From contig JALDZX010000014.1 in the NCBI GenBank assembly GCA_022813865.1, forward strand, positions 372,001 to 436,000: a DNA stretch of 64,000 nucleotides, written 5' to 3'. Positions within the stretch are counted from its first letter, which is position 1, and every line of letters begins with the position of its first letter. Source of the stretch: Xylographa opegraphella (lineage: Eukaryota). The translations under genes were made by a program, and so were the position numbers. Positions 1-13,075 of the stretch are shown in pieces. The notes below the pieces were generated by a model. It was given only the letters and a program-made list of their open reading frames with translations, was not told the origin of the DNA and ran no database searches.

Positions 1-21
1 AGCTGTTTGACCCGCTCGTAG

Positions 22-1107
22 GCTCGTACCTTAGTTCATGCTTCGAACCTCTATCACAACGCTTGGACAGGGGAACTGTCCAAACTGCTGGTAACCAAAA
101 CTCGAGAATCGGGGGCCATGAAGGATGCTGCAAAAGTCTTTGTCTGCAACTCGGGTAGTGAGGCCAATGAAGCAGCAATTAAGTTCGCACGGAAGGTTGG
201 CAAAGTGCGGGACCCCTCTGGCGAAAAGTTCGAGCTGGTTTCTTTCCAAAACTCGTTTCACGGTCGCACGCTTGGCTCGCTTTCCGCAACCCCAAACCCA
301 AAATACCAAAAACCATTTGCCCCTATGATACCGGGCTTCAAGTACGGATTATACAACGACGAGGCAGCTCTGAAAGGTCTCATAACCGAAAAGACTTGTG
401 GAGTTATTGTGGAACCCATTCAAGGTGAAGGTGGTGTCATGGTCGCCAACTCGTCATTCTTGCAAGCTCTACGTGATCGATGTAATGAGGTTGGCGCCGT
501 CTTGGTATATGATGAAATACAGTGCGGACTGTCTCGAACAGGGTCTTTCTGGGCACACGGCTTATTGCCAGCTTCAGCACATCCGGATATCCTCACAACG
601 GCGAAAGCATTAGGTAATGGTTTTCCAATAGGGGCTACTATGGTCACGGAAGAAATTGCTCAATGTATTGTGACTGGTGACCACGGTACAACTTTCGGTG
701 GCAATCCTTTAGGCTGCCGACTGGCCCACTATATTGTATCTCGTCTGTCAGAGTCTCAGCTGCAGCAAGAAGTCCTCGAGAAGGAAAAGATTTTTCGTAA
801 AGGCTTCAAAAAGCTGCAGGTCATGTATCCAGATCTCATAACAGAAGTACGAGGACGTGGCCTTATACTGGGAGTCCAATTAACACAAGATCCGACACCA
901 ATAATCACGGCGGCCCGTGAGCGAGGCTTGTTGGTAATCACTGCAGGAACTAACACGTTGAGGTTCGTACCTCCCCTGATAGTCACTGAAGACGAGATAG
1001 AGGAAGGCCTCAATATTCTCGGCGAGGCGATGAAAGCTGTGATGGTAGCACCTGATGCTATTAGTGGTACAAAAGGTCAACAAGAAATGGCCCCTCCTGG
1101 GCGATGA
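22..1107 (+). CDS. ARG8: Acetylornithine aminotransferase (class III PLP aminotransferase), last exon; 5' part lies outside the window
   Basis: Motifs NSGSEANEAAIKFARK, FHGRT, EPIQGEGG, DEIQCGLSRTG, AKALGNGFPIG and HGTTFGGNPL. The exon begins after an intron end (ttgac...tag, 19-21) and reads ARTLVHASNLYHN. Confidence 0.93.
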   Translation, partial: ARTLVHASNLYHNAWTGELSKLLVTKTRESGAMKDAAKVFVCNSGSEANEAAIKFARKVGKVRDPSGEKFELVSFQNSFHGRTLGSLSATPNPKYQKPFAPMIPGFKYGLYNDEAALKGLITEKTCGVIVEPIQGEGGVMVANSSFLQALRDRCNEVGAVLVYDEIQCGLSRTGSFWAHGLLPASAHPDILTTAKALGNGFPIGATMVTEEIAQCIVTGDHGTTFGGNPLGCRLAHYIVSRLSESQLQQEVLEKEKIFRKGFKKLQVMYPDLITEVRGRGLILGVQLTQDPTPIITAARERGLLVITAGTNTLRFVPPLIVTEDEIEEGLNILGEAMKAVMVAPDAISGTKGQQEMAPPGR

Positions 1108-1322
1108 GGGTTTGCATTTCAAGTTCATTAGCCATGTAAAGAGATATACCGGCTACGATCTCGGTTGTCTCATCATGTGTCAATCGGCCTTATTTGCAAT
1201 TCTCTCAAATGTGGCAACGACGCTACGGAATCCGCCCACGCGCTGTGAATGCTCTCTCAAATTTTAGTACCTCCACAGTACAGTAAGGTAAGCTTCAAAC
1301 GTCGGCCATCAGACAAGCAATC

Positions 1323-2123
1323 ATGAGAAAGGGAAAAAATGCCGGTCGTTCCTGCCCAGTACAACCGCCTAGTTGGACACTTGGACTTCTCAATCCATTC
1401 AAGGCGATAGAACATCACCAGTCTACACATGAGCTGGAAGCTCATGCACAAAGAAACCTCAACACATCGAATGAGCCTCTATATGCCCAGCAGCCTTCGC
1501 AGCTACCAATCACAGCATCAAGCGTCTCACTACGCCAAACGGATAAGACCTCGAGTTACTTTCCTTCTGCTAGGGCGTTCAGTGATCATACTCAAAGCTG
1601 CAATGCTACTCTTCATGATTCGCCTATGATTGAAGACAAAAAGCCGTCCTTCCATTGGACGCTTTCCGGCAATGCCAGTGAACGACGAACCATACCCATA
1701 ACAGTCCATGACAACGCCTTTCACAGTCAATTCGAAACGGTCCGAAAGTCGACTGATAGCAGTTCTCTCTACAACACTATGACTATTGCCGAATACCTGA
1801 GTTACAATGAAGGTGGTCCACTACTCCATGGAACAATATACTCTCATGTTGATTCGAGCTTAAAATTAGAGCCTTCTATGAGAGTCCCCGGCTGTTTTCC
1901 AGGCAGTCCTCTGGTTCAGCCGTCAGCCGACGAGCTTGACTTTTTAGAACTTCGCCGAAAAGTCAATACCTGGTTGGAGATTTCCCGACTTCGTAATGGC
2001 GGTCGTCATCCAAAGCTGAGACAGTATATATCGGCGGTTTTGCAGGAGTTTGAAGATGGGTACAAGGAATTGGAGGATAAGCTTGCCGAAAAGTTATTTC
2101 CTCTGTCAGGAGTCAGGTACTAA
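1323..2123 (+). CDS. Hypothetical protein, 266 aa, single exon
   Basis: Long ATG-initiated ORF with a Ser/Pro-rich N-terminus and a helical-looking C-terminus; no motif recognised. Confidence 0.5.
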   Translation: MRKGKNAGRSCPVQPPSWTLGLLNPFKAIEHHQSTHELEAHAQRNLNTSNEPLYAQQPSQLPITASSVSLRQTDKTSSYFPSARAFSDHTQSCNATLHDSPMIEDKKPSFHWTLSGNASERRTIPITVHDNAFHSQFETVRKSTDSSSLYNTMTIAEYLSYNEGGPLLHGTIYSHVDSSLKLEPSMRVPGCFPGSPLVQPSADELDFLELRRKVNTWLEISRLRNGGRHPKLRQYISAVLQEFEDGYKELEDKLAEKLFPLSGVRY

Positions 2124-2716
2124 ACCGCTGAGGTCGGATACAAAAAGTCGGAGGTTGAGGCTAGAGATTGGAGATACATTCTTTGTACGTTGGCAGTTGG
2201 TAGAGCCAGGATGCACTTTGTTTGAAGCGTTCGTGCTGTTCGACTCGGTTGTGGCAGTCATACCAAGTTCTTTGGTGGCCTTGATAAGCACGACTCAGTG
2301 CCTCAGAGCTGTTACCAAACCAGCAGTCATCGGGGGGTCTTGGTAGACATGTACAAATGCAAAGCGATCTTCCCGCATGCACTAGCCTTCGAAGGAAAGA
2401 TCAGTCAATCTTAATAGGACTGATACACTGAGACATGTGATATAAGTGTCTATATATGTATTCAGACAGAAGAAGAACTTTAGAAGCGGGTGTCGCGGTA
2501 ATCACGGGTCAATTTAGAATCTACATTCATGCAAACAGTGATACAAAATTTGGACAGGTAGATAGCTATCTGAAGCTCCAGCTCCAAGAAACAGAAGGAT
2601 ATCAACGTAATAAGGTGCTACAGTTGCCATTTCCAGCCCTCGTGATCTTCACTTTCGCAAACGAGAAGTCCACGGCTTGGTTCTAACATAGCTTCCTGAC
2701 CCCACCCGCTTCCGCT

Positions 2717-4141
2717 TTATTGGTGTTTTGCCATGGTGCCCTTTTCTCTAAACGTACTCACGGCTGGTATATCCGCCTTATATCTTTCCTCCTGAGTATG
2801 GTAGGCTCTCGGAGTCAACTTGATGAGCGTATGCAGTGGGACTTCCATCCAAGGGCTTTTCTCTTGCGGCACATTCATGTAGTATGCATAGATGCACCTA
2901 AGCACCGCCTGATGGGTCACGATGATCACGTTCTCACTCCGCTCTAATTCCATGATGATTGGTTCCAGTCGGATGACCACGTCCCGATAGGATTCCCCTC
3001 CTCGGTAGCGATAGTTGTATTTATCCTCGTCGCGGGCTGCGAAGTCTTCAGGGTAGAGGTTGGATATTTCTTCATAAGTGAGGCCATCGCAAACACCAGA
3101 ATCAAGCTCATCGAGGGCTTTCCATTCCAGCTTGGAGTCCACGCGAGGGCTTGCTGCCAGAAAGCGAGCAGTCTGTATTGTGCGTTTGAGGGTAGAAGTC
3201 CAAATGGTCAATTTTCGGTCGTCGCCAACGGACTTATCGACAAGAGACGGAAGAGCGCGAGCATAGAGCTCGCCGCGCGTAGAGATGTTCGCGTCGCCTC
3301 CAATCTTTCCTTCGAGATTGTACTCTGATTCGCCGTGCTACCGTCCGGTTAGTCTGTGTATAACATCTGGTAAATTCTAGACCTACACGGGACAGCCATA
3401 TGGATCGTGGCTTGATGTGTAAATTCATGAGATAGTACACTACACGGCTTTGTAGATAATCTTTAATTTGGTTGATGATGACATGCTGGCCGACGTCAAT
3501 GAGCTTCACATAAGACAAGTCCTTCTCCTCATCGTCGATTGTCTGATAGACCTTCTCGTAGTTCCGTATCCTATTCCGAAAGTCTTGTGCGGCGAGCTCC
3601 GGATCTTGGCCCTTGTAGTCTGGGGAAGTGGTCTTGACCTCTAAAACGTTGCTCATAATCAAAGCTTCGTCATCACACTTTGATTCTACGAATAGTGTCT
3701 GAATATTCTCTTCCTCACATCTCTCATGTACCCATCGACGCCGTTCCTTGGTAGAGTTGGTGGCATCTAGGATTGCCACAATGCCATTGCCATCGTTGAA
3801 CCACTTTATCATATCTGTCACGGCCGCTTCCGCTGCTGCATGTCGCAGCCGCTCTCCCTCCTTGTTACTTGTGTCGAAGAAGTCTGCTGTGGGCTGTGGA
3901 GTATCTGCTCGGCGGTATGTGCCCACGTTGAAAGTCTTGGCGTGTACAGACAGCCATCGTAGGTATCGAACAACTGCTCAAGCCAGATGATTAGCCAGGA
4001 TTTCCTATATCCACGGGGATCACGTTACTCACCTTTCTGCGCGATGAGTGATTTCCCACGAGCGGGCAAACCGACCATTACCACAGCTATGCGCGTGTCT
4101 TCGACCTGAACTCCGTTCTGATTAGTCCTCGTACGGAACAT
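2717..4141 (-). CDS. FBP26: 6-phosphofructo-2-kinase/fructose-2,6-bisphosphatase; introns 3974-4032 and 3338-3386
   Basis: VMVGLPARGKS P-loop in exon 1, ILDATNST, WLSR|HGESE histidine-phosphatase motif restored across the intron, YRYRGGESYRD and VPLHTLIKL. Confidence 0.92.
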
Positions 4142-5507
4142 GTTGGTTAATCAGAAAAGTGCTGATCTAGTTGGAGGTTGAGACACAGGAAAGAGAGACA
4201 GATATGCGGCAAGCTTCAGATTAAGAAGATTCGACCACGCTCTCTAGAAGAGCTGTGACGTGAGAAGAGGAATGGGATGTATTCCAACGATAGGCCGTTG
4301 ATAAGCGGTCTCAGTTTACAACCGCGTGAGCACGCTGGCTTCTGGTGAGTTGGTTCTCTGTGAGCTTTCCTCGCTCGTATAACAAGGGCTCTAAGGACCA
4401 GGGACATCCAGTGGCAGACTTTTGTGGCAGTTCACTGATGACAATTGCATTTGGACCTGATAGCCTTGCCTCATTCGTGAAGAGATGCAGCAGAAGAAGC
4501 TGTACAGGAATTGTGCAAGCATAGACCGTAGCGATGCTACTGTAATGCTGTCATTCAAAATCCGAAAACAATATGTAATAATTAGGAAGATTGCGGAGTA
4601 GTGGGCACGAGACCCCGCACTACCAAGAGCATTAAAAAAAATCAATCCCTTCAACCGGCATTCGGATCACGCCACGACACGAGCTCGTCCGAGATGTAAA
4701 ATAGATCGCGTGGTACAATGGAAAAGAACCGGAGCAGCAATTCAGGATGTGAATAAAGCCACCCAGCCAAGCGCACACGGATTCCAAGACTGGGCTGCAA
4801 ACCACGTAGGCCAGAGGTGGGATCTTTAACGAGAAGTGCTGCATCCCCTGAAAGAGAAGGTCTGAGAGGATACGGATCTGATGCAAGGGATGCCGAAGAA
4901 GTAGAGGAGCGACCTGAGCGCTACATAGGCTGTGCGGCTCAAGAATGACAGAGCATCGGTAACAAAAAAGGAAAAGAATGGATACCAACTTCCGACGAGG
5001 AGTGAGACACAGTCCTACTCACATTACTCATAGAAAACACCTTCGACGACCCCATCTTCCGCGCCGCTGTCCGCCTCTCAGGAGAGCCAATCCGAATCTC
5101 AGTCCTCAGCCGAACCGACCCGAACAACACGGTGCGACAATTGGTGTCAATATTCCTCCGCTCGACCTCTCAAAAGAAACCTGTTGGACGGCGAATAGTG
5201 GTAGGAATAAGGATAACAATAAACTACAATCTCCCAACGCCTCCTATTTCCGTCGCTGATTGCGTGGGTCCGTCTTATCTCGGCCTGGCGGACTAGCGTG
5301 CCATTCGACAGGACACAAAGTACAGGAACGTGCTGCCGAACAACCACACATGGAAGCTACACAAGGCAGATACTACGACTTGACTACAGACATCGACCTC
5401 GTTCTACAATGTGTGGTTGTACCCGTCAAAGCTAACTGGTTTCATTGCAATGATGGGTATCTGTAAAACATTCCTGTCCTGCACGAAAATCAAGTAATTC
5501 CGAGCGA

Positions 5508-8500
5508 TTATTCTCCGTCCTCCCACTCACTTGCACCCACAATCCGCACATCGCTTGTATGCCCGGTCACTTTGAGGCCCAGACTCGGTATCCGGAAGTC
5601 CAGCTTCGCAATCGCCTCCTGGCTCTTCTTGTTCACCATCTTCCTTCGCCTCTCTCCTCCGTTCATCTCTCTACCCCGTTTTGCTAAATTATCCCTCCAC
5701 TCACACCATCCTTCCCACTCTTCTCTTTGTCTGCCGATTTGCCACTTCATCGACTGCCGGACAGGCCGCCAGCTTAGTCTATCGGACTGGTTTACCGCTC
5801 TCACCTGCACCATTAGATTCTCAGGCCGAGTGATGAGACTCAACATGGACTTGAGCATATCCTGCGCCTCGAGAGCCAGATGCGTATGTTCCGTCGTCCT
5901 TGGCTTCGAAACGAGCGGCGTTGCTAGGAACGTATGCGATGAATCCATCAACTTCTCGTGGCTTGACAACCGAAGATGACGGATTGTTGTCTGTAGTATC
6001 TCAATTTCGGCTTTAAGCTCCAAGACGTTGCCGAGAGCCTCGATAGACATGGTTTCGTTTGGCCCTCGTGTCTCCCTTGATCCAAGGTGGACTTTTGCAT
6101 GACCAGCCTGGTGCTCCCATGCATCACGTTCTGCCTGTGAAGCCTGGAGGTCTCGTTCTAGCCGAGTCAGCTTCTTCGCTAATTCCTTCTCTTTGGCTGC
6201 GGATGATTCGACGACACTCTCCAACTCTCGTAACCTTTCCCTGCGTCCGCTCGACTCCTTCACTCGTTTGTCAAGCACTTCAACGTTAACAGTCAACTCC
6301 TCCAACATCTTATCTTTCATCGTCAGAGCTATGTTCTTGTCCGAAAGCTCGGCTTTTAGACGTTCAACCGATTTCTCATACGAAGCAGATGTGGTGGACG
6401 CGGCTCGTAGATTCTGCGAAAGCAGTTCCCAGGGCGGTGATGTCGGGGCTGGAAACTCGACGCAGTGAGAAAGAGTCATTGTAAGATTATGAAAGCTCTG
6501 TATTTGATTTGTTGCAGTAACTACAAAGGACGAGAGATTGGAGAGAAGCGATGTGTCGGCTGGGTCGATTGCTTTGGCTAATTCTTCAACCGAAAACGGC
6601 GCGGTACGACCCTCTTCGCTGATAAGATGGAACAGTGCCAAACCAGACTTGTGAGAAACCGAGACGAGCTCGGCTATGGACGACTGAGATTGCTGAATAC
6701 TTAGTAACATAGATGGATCAAGTGTCAATAAGCGCGATTGCAATTCTTGAAGCTGGTGTATGGCCTTGCTCGAGACTACCTTAGCGCTTCGATTTTGCGC
6801 GATCAAGGTGTCAAGTTTACCAAGCAGATGCTGCATAGTTTCGTCGTCTTCGTCTTCATCTTTTTGATCGCCTTGAATGCGCGCAGAAGCTTTGCTCTTT
6901 GCCATCGCTTTAATTACTGATAGAGCTGTGGCGGAGTTTTCCAAATTGCTTTGCATGAGAAAGGCACGCATACGTACGTCTCCAGCATGCTCGGGTAATC
7001 CATCCGTAATATGCAGCTCGGCCAGATGTGCAATCAAAGCCACGGACCTATGTGTAGATCAGCATAGGGTTGTGGAGACACAATTGCCATTAATTACCTT
7101 TGGAGTTCCATGGCACATTGCCGTCCTTTCAGCTCGTCCCTTTTCAGACCATCAATCCAGCCGTTCAATCCACGTTCTACAGGATCAAGGTCGAAGAATG
7201 CATTACCCAGACGCCGGAATGAGTCCGTGGAACAAGACTGGATGAATTGGACAAACCTATCGCACATGGTAGAAATCCATGTTAACTTGTAAAGAACGTC
7301 AAGGTACGCAAAAATATCATCCTCATGGCCTGTAAGTTGGTGACTGCTCAGTCGCTCTTTAACAAATCTATGCAGAAGGGAGGATTTGAAACCAATTCTC
7401 CTGAAACGAAGAAGCGCATTCACTGCTTCGCGATCATCGGCAAATGCATCTGGTAGGAAATGCTGAATAATTGCAAGGTGCTCGGCCGACTCGCGTGCTT
7501 CCATTGTCCCCAGTTCGAGGTCGATGGTTTTCACTTGCGCTTTGGTCACCGAAACTTGCAACCGCATGTTAAGATCCATCATAGCTTTTGACCTGCTCCC
7601 AAGCTCATTCGCTTCGGATGCCGTAATCTGCTGCGATGCTTTCATGTCTTCCAAATCACTTTGCAAATTTGTTACCAGCTCTCGAAAGCGAGTAATAGTA
7701 TACTCTAGATCCTCCAGTGCCTCATCCTGCACGGCTGATTTTCTGACCTGTTCCTGGACTAGAGTCTCCCTGTAGTCAATCTCATCTTGTAATTGCTTCT
7801 CCGTTTCCATATGATTAAGCTCAAGCTCATCATTTAGCTCCTTCAGGCTTTCTAGATCTTCGACGGCCGCCTTGAGCTCATCCAGATGTTCATTTAGTGA
7901 CAAGTTCTTCTCCGTAAGTTCTTCGATCATCTCTTCCGCACCAAGGGCAATCTCAAGCTGTTGCCTGAGATCTTCAATTGTTGCCTCGGACTGAGTGAGT
8001 CGTCCTTGCATATCTGTATATTGATCCCTCACAGTGGCAAACTCTTTCATATCTGTTTCCATCTCCTTGATTTGCTGCTTCAGCTCAGCTTCTTGTTCCT
8101 GAGCAACGTCACGAAGACGCATAAGAGCTTCGCGCAGACGTTCATTACTCCTTTCCATTTGCATCCAGCCTTGGCTGGTTCTCTCTTCCGGACTCATCTC
8201 CTTGCCCAATTCCAGATTCTCTTCCCGAAGAATTTCAACTTCTAACTCCAATTCCTCGTGTTTCTGCCGTAATGATTCTAATTCGTTTCGTACAGCCTCT
8301 GCAGTCTCTTCGGCCATCTCTCGGTCTAATGTTGCCATCTCCATAGCTGAGTCTACATCAACTTGTTGGCTTTCGCTGGCTTCCGCTTTGGCTTCCGCTT
8401 CTTTGATCTGTCTCTTGAGATTGGCGATCTCTTGTTGTTGTGGTTGATACTTGGCTTGAAGCTTTTGTATAATGCCCTCAAACTTGTCGCGTTCGCCTTG

Positions 8501-9634
8501 AACCTTGTCTAAAGATTTCAGTTTCTCGCGGTCCTCCAAACGCTTCCTTTCCATCATCTTCAACTTTATTTTGAGATCTTCTACTTCTCTACTCAATGTC
8601 AAGCTTGTCGACATACTGGGGCCCACCGGACGCTTGACCTCAGCCGAGGAAGGGTCTAATCTCGAAGAAATTGTGTCTGGTGAAGCCGTTTCTCGACTCA
8701 TAGCTGATGTACGGGATAAAGCTGGGCTAAGAACGCTTTGAGATTGTACATCATGAGACTCACCACTGGAAGTGGGGAGCTCTTCCGGGCCATGTTCCTC
8801 ATGAGGAGACTCTTGCCCACTTCCACCACTCGTATGACTGCCTCCGCTAAGGGAGCTTGATCTCGGTTGTCCTTGTTGAAGAGTAGATAGTCTGTTGACG
8901 GGCCTTCGCAAGGTACCAAGTGACGGCTTACCAGCTCCATTAACGGCCCCAGCCAGAGATTGGCGTGGGGGCCGAGTGACGGTTGGAACACCTATAGACG
9001 GCCGACCACCGACGCCTGTCCGCAATATTGGTCCGGTTGGATTAGGCCTTAATACACCTGCAGGACGTATTTCTCGTGGAGTGACATGGCCGGAAGATGG
9101 CCTTGACGACAATTGCTTGACTGGTGATTTGCTAGGGGACTTGAGCATAATCAAGCATTAGCATTATATATTTTTGCGAGGCCTATAGGGAAAGAGGAAG
9201 CTTACCCGCAGCATTCTCGCAGAGGCTGCAGAGCTTGTACTAGGAGTAGGACTGCCACCATTGATGCTCTGTCGTTTTCTGGCAGTCGAGTCAAGAATGC
9301 TTTGCCTCTTGTGACCGCCTGCAAGTGCTGTAGATTGCCTTGGCTTGCTAGCAGCTCCGTTGAGATTTCCTTCCACTTTCTTCGAAGGCCGGGGAGTTAG
9401 CTCATCGACGAGGGCAGCCACTCCAGGCCGGACGAACATTCCATGTCCTGATTTGCAGTCAAAGTACCGCTGACCCTGTACAGACCCATCATTTTTCCCA
9501 GTAGCATCGCTCAACTCCACTCCCATCCAATCTCCCGCAGCAAAATGGGTGTTACCGAGAAAGCGGACGATAGCCGTACGCCCATCCTGGAGCTCCACGG
9601 TCTGACCGACAGCGAAGGCGGAGAACTCGCCCAT
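5508..9634 (-). CDS. NIP100: Dynactin p150(Glued) subunit (NudM/Ro-3/Nip100 family); introns 9140-9205 and 7048-7097
   Basis: N-terminal CAP-Gly domain (WMGVEL...GKNDGSVQGQRYF), a Ser/Pro/Arg-rich linker, EMATLDREMAEE and long coiled coils. Confidence 0.93.
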
Positions 9635-9886
9635 TTGGTATCACGATAGAGATAGTCATGGGTGTTTATACCAACTTTCAAGTACGTGGAGAAGGTCCTT
9701 AGTCTTTCTGGGTGGCATAATTCATTGTTGTCTCTCAGCGGCAAGGCGCGATACATAACGGAGTTTAATAATCCCTGAATTCCCCATGAACGCGCTTTTG
9801 TTTGACCGGTTTGCATTCACTTTCACTAATTTTCTCTTGGACCTTCAATCCAGGAGCGAGTGCATAAGATACCTATATGTGCTACC

Positions 9887-10877
9887 ATGTCTTCTCAGAC
9901 TATCACACTCATCATTTCGCCCCGAGGTAAGCCAATTAAGACGCTACCTCCCCAATCCGAAGTCCCTCGCAATGCGCCGGCAACGGAGCTGTACAATTAT
10001 CTCGCTGCGGCATCAGGGACTTCAGTCCGCCGTTTACGAGTCACCAAAGGCAGCGACGGGCAGCTGGTACCAAATAGAGCAGATGTGTCTTTAAAACAGA
10101 CTGGTTTGATGGATGGCAGTAAGGTCTTTGTAAAAGACCTTGGTAAGAATACAACTGCTCAAGCGGCAAAGTTAGCGCACCGACTGATTTGCCTCAGGAC
10201 CTCAAATATCATGGCGAACGGTCTTTGTAATCGAGTATCTCGGTCCGATTGTCATTCATCCTCTCGTCTACCTATTGCGTCCGTACATATATGCCTCACC
10301 TAATAAGCTATTCCCATTTCCAGCTCCTTCATCACTCCAAACTCTGTCCCTCCTGCTCGTGTCTCTTCACTTTCTCAAGCGCGAATATGAGACAATTTTC
10401 GTTCATCGCTTCTCCGCAGCGACAATGCCTTTGCGGAATATTTTCAAGAATTCAGCGCATTACTGGATCATTGGCGGTTTGAACATGGCATATTGGATCT
10501 ACCGACCAAATGCGCCTACAGCGAAGCCGATGAATGTCTACTTCACGGTCTTAGGTGTACTCCTTTTTTTTATTGGCGAAATCGGGAACTTGAGCTCACA
10601 CCTTACGCTGCGAGATCTGAGAAGCAATGGAGGAAAGGAACGGGGGATACCTCGGGGTCTCTGGTTTGAACTCGTGACATGTCCAAATTACATGTTCGAG
10701 ACAATGGCTTGGGTTGGCGTCTTTCTCATAACCAGGGATTCTGCGACGGTGATCTTTCTGGTTGTATCGGTGGCAATGATGTGTATCTGGGCAAAGAAGA
10801 AGGAGAGAAACTACCGCAAAGAGTTCGGAGACAAGTATAAGAAGAAGAGATACACTATTCTGCCTGGCATATATTGA
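9887..10877 (+). CDS. TSC13: Very-long-chain enoyl-CoA reductase (steroid 5-alpha-reductase family); intron 10143-10197
   Basis: Ubiquitin-like N-terminus, VKDLG|PQISWRTVF, HFLKREYETIFVHRFS, KNSAHYW, VTCPNYMFE. Confidence 0.93.
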
Positions 10878-11217
10878 GCTGTCCGGATGATAGTCCTTCG
10901 AATTGTTATGAACAGGGAGGTATCATGTCATTCGATGAAGAGCTGTCTTATGCCCTGCTTAATTACGTTCGATTCCATAGAAGCTAGACTTTGACTTACG
11001 GCTCTCCGAAATGAGTTACTGCTGTTTTCTTCATCCTGTGGAAATGGGAGAACACACTACACCGGAACCAGGTCCATGCTCCATGCCAGAGTCGCAGCTC
11101 CTGACATTCTAACCCATTCAGCGTATTGAACTAGGCGTGACTATCCTGAAGTCCAATCTGTGTATTTCTGTCGTTCTCTTTATTCAATGACAATTATCTT
11201 GAAGATTCCTACCACCC

Positions 11218-12600
11218 ATGCCGATCGCCGAAGAAGGGTTGAAGGTCTTCAACTATCCCGAGATCAGACCAAAGTGAGCTATACTATTCTGGTGAAGGTT
11301 GTGCAGATTCATTGAATGAAAGAGCCCAGATATACCTTATCGAAATGACAGAACGCACAGTTATGATATGAGGGGAATGCAACTTGTGTTTGCGGCCGTA
11401 CTATATGTTGTTTAGCGATTGCGCGGAGTTTTGCCTTACGAGTGCCTAATATCAAGCTTTTCAGTTTCGAATGGCTAGGGTTCATTTCAATATGCTTGTG
11501 GCATAATGCTAGATTTGGTGACTGGTGGCAGAACAGACAGTATCCAAATACCTATGAGCCACGTGTTGATACTACGGTCGTCCCAACCACAAATCTGACC
11601 ATACATGCTGATTTCAGAGAAAACGTCCACGCTGGCTGTATGACTTCTACAGAAGCAGAAACAGCATCGCGCAGAAACTATTCTGTACCAGATTGTCAAG
11701 CGCTTTTACGCCTCTGGTGAGGTGACGCCTACCACGGTAGCGCAAAGCATGCTTCCTTTGATACGTCGTGATACTAATCCTCATGGCGAGCACTCCGTTG
11801 CCTGACCTAAAAGCCGGGTCGCTTCGATTGTAGCAGCGGCGGACGCCTCAACGTTGCGGTACAAGCAGAATAGGCCCCTCAGCATTCTTGATGGTATTCC
11901 TATAGCGGTCAAAGAGTAGTATGATGTTGAGGGCTATCCGACTCGTCTCGGCTCTGGGAAAGATTATAGCCAGGAATCCGTTCCAGAAATATTAATAATA
12001 AGTTGGGGCTCTGAAGTTTCGAAAGCTATCCAATCATGAACTCGGCCTTGGTAAGTCTTGGTCATTCAAGGTCCCACCGCTCTTTCAATAGATATTTAAC
12101 TCTGTTTTTCTTACCATGCTCGTCAATGGACTTCCTCTCTATGGAATATGATTCTTAATTAAAGGGTTCATTTCAATCGCCTCAAATAACAACGCAGATT
12201 CCGGCACGCGTTTCAATTCTCTCAACAACCGTTACTACAGGGGCGGATCGGAGAGAGGGACTGCTTGTGTTATAAGCTCTGGCCTAATTCCCATCGCGGT
12301 AGGCAGTGATCGTGCTGGAAGTATTCGGATTCCAGCCTATTTTTGTTAACTAATCGCATGGGATATTCACACGGCCGAATCTCCTACATACTTGGTATCA
12401 ATTACTTTGATACATGCAGTTGTCAACCGGTCACTCGCTGCAGGCAGTGTCCCCCTTTCAGCCGTCTACCTTATCATCAGCCGCCCCAACCCAGTCTGTC
12501 CTTCTTCGGTACTTCGCTTCACCTCTACCGTCAGCCCTTGCTTCCGGTCATGGCAATTAAAGTATAGGTCGAACATTTGGTATTCCGGAGGCATGGTTTT
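11218..12600 (+). pseudogene. Decayed amidase-signature family gene (fatty-acid amide hydrolase-like); ends approximate
   Basis: Fragments in shifting frames with stops: LWHNARFG...YEPRVDTTVVP, YSVPD...YASGEVTPTTVAQSMLPLIRRD, DGIPIAVKE*YDVEGYPTRLG (TAG 11917-11919), [11 protein letters not shown]...[22 protein letters not shown] (TAA 12347-12349), SHGRIS. Confidence 0.85.
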
Positions 12601-12987
12601 GTCGGACTACTTCTATCATTCAAGTCGGATTTGCAAAAGCAGAAGGCGGACCCGGAGAGGGAGCGGAGGCGGGTAAGAACACGATTGGAGAAAATCGGAT
12701 CGGGTTGATGAGCATGGGAGAGTAGGGAAGTAAAGAAGTGTATTGATCCGAGCTGACTGGTAGACTACCGACTTCGCGTCGATTACGGAATGAATAGACT
12801 TCTGAAGGCACAGATCAATTCAATTAACTCATAAGTGCATCCCCAATTCATATTGGTGAATCCACGTCGTTCCAGTTACGAAGAAGGAACTGCAATAATA
12901 AGTATCCTAGTTTGCTTTTGCGACTTTACGTTATAATGTAAAACACGGGCGAGAAAATCTAATTATGCCTCCTTGAGACATCGAGCA

Positions 12988-13070
12988 GCCCGTTTGGCTT
13001 AGTGGTACAGCGTCTCACTCGTAACTCGTTCGACATGAGAAGATCCTCGGTTCGATTCCGAGAATGGGCA
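12988..13070 (+). tRNA. tRNA-Thr(CGT) with an 11-nt intron (13024-13034)
   Basis: Acceptor stem GCCCGTT/AATGGGC, A box TGGCTTAGTGG, anticodon stem TCTCA/TGAGA with CGT at 13020-13022, intron at position 37/38, T arm CTCGG-TTCGATT-CCGAG. Confidence 0.95.
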
Positions 13071-13075
13071 TTTTT
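13071..13075 (+). terminator. RNA polymerase III oligo-T terminator
   Basis: TTTTT directly after the tRNA discriminator base. Confidence 0.8.

Noticed and set aside
4632..5466. Short ORFs or a structured RNA between FBP26 and dynactin
   Set aside because: No protein motifs and no RNase P, RNase MRP or SRP signature were recognised; a very decayed gene cannot be excluded.
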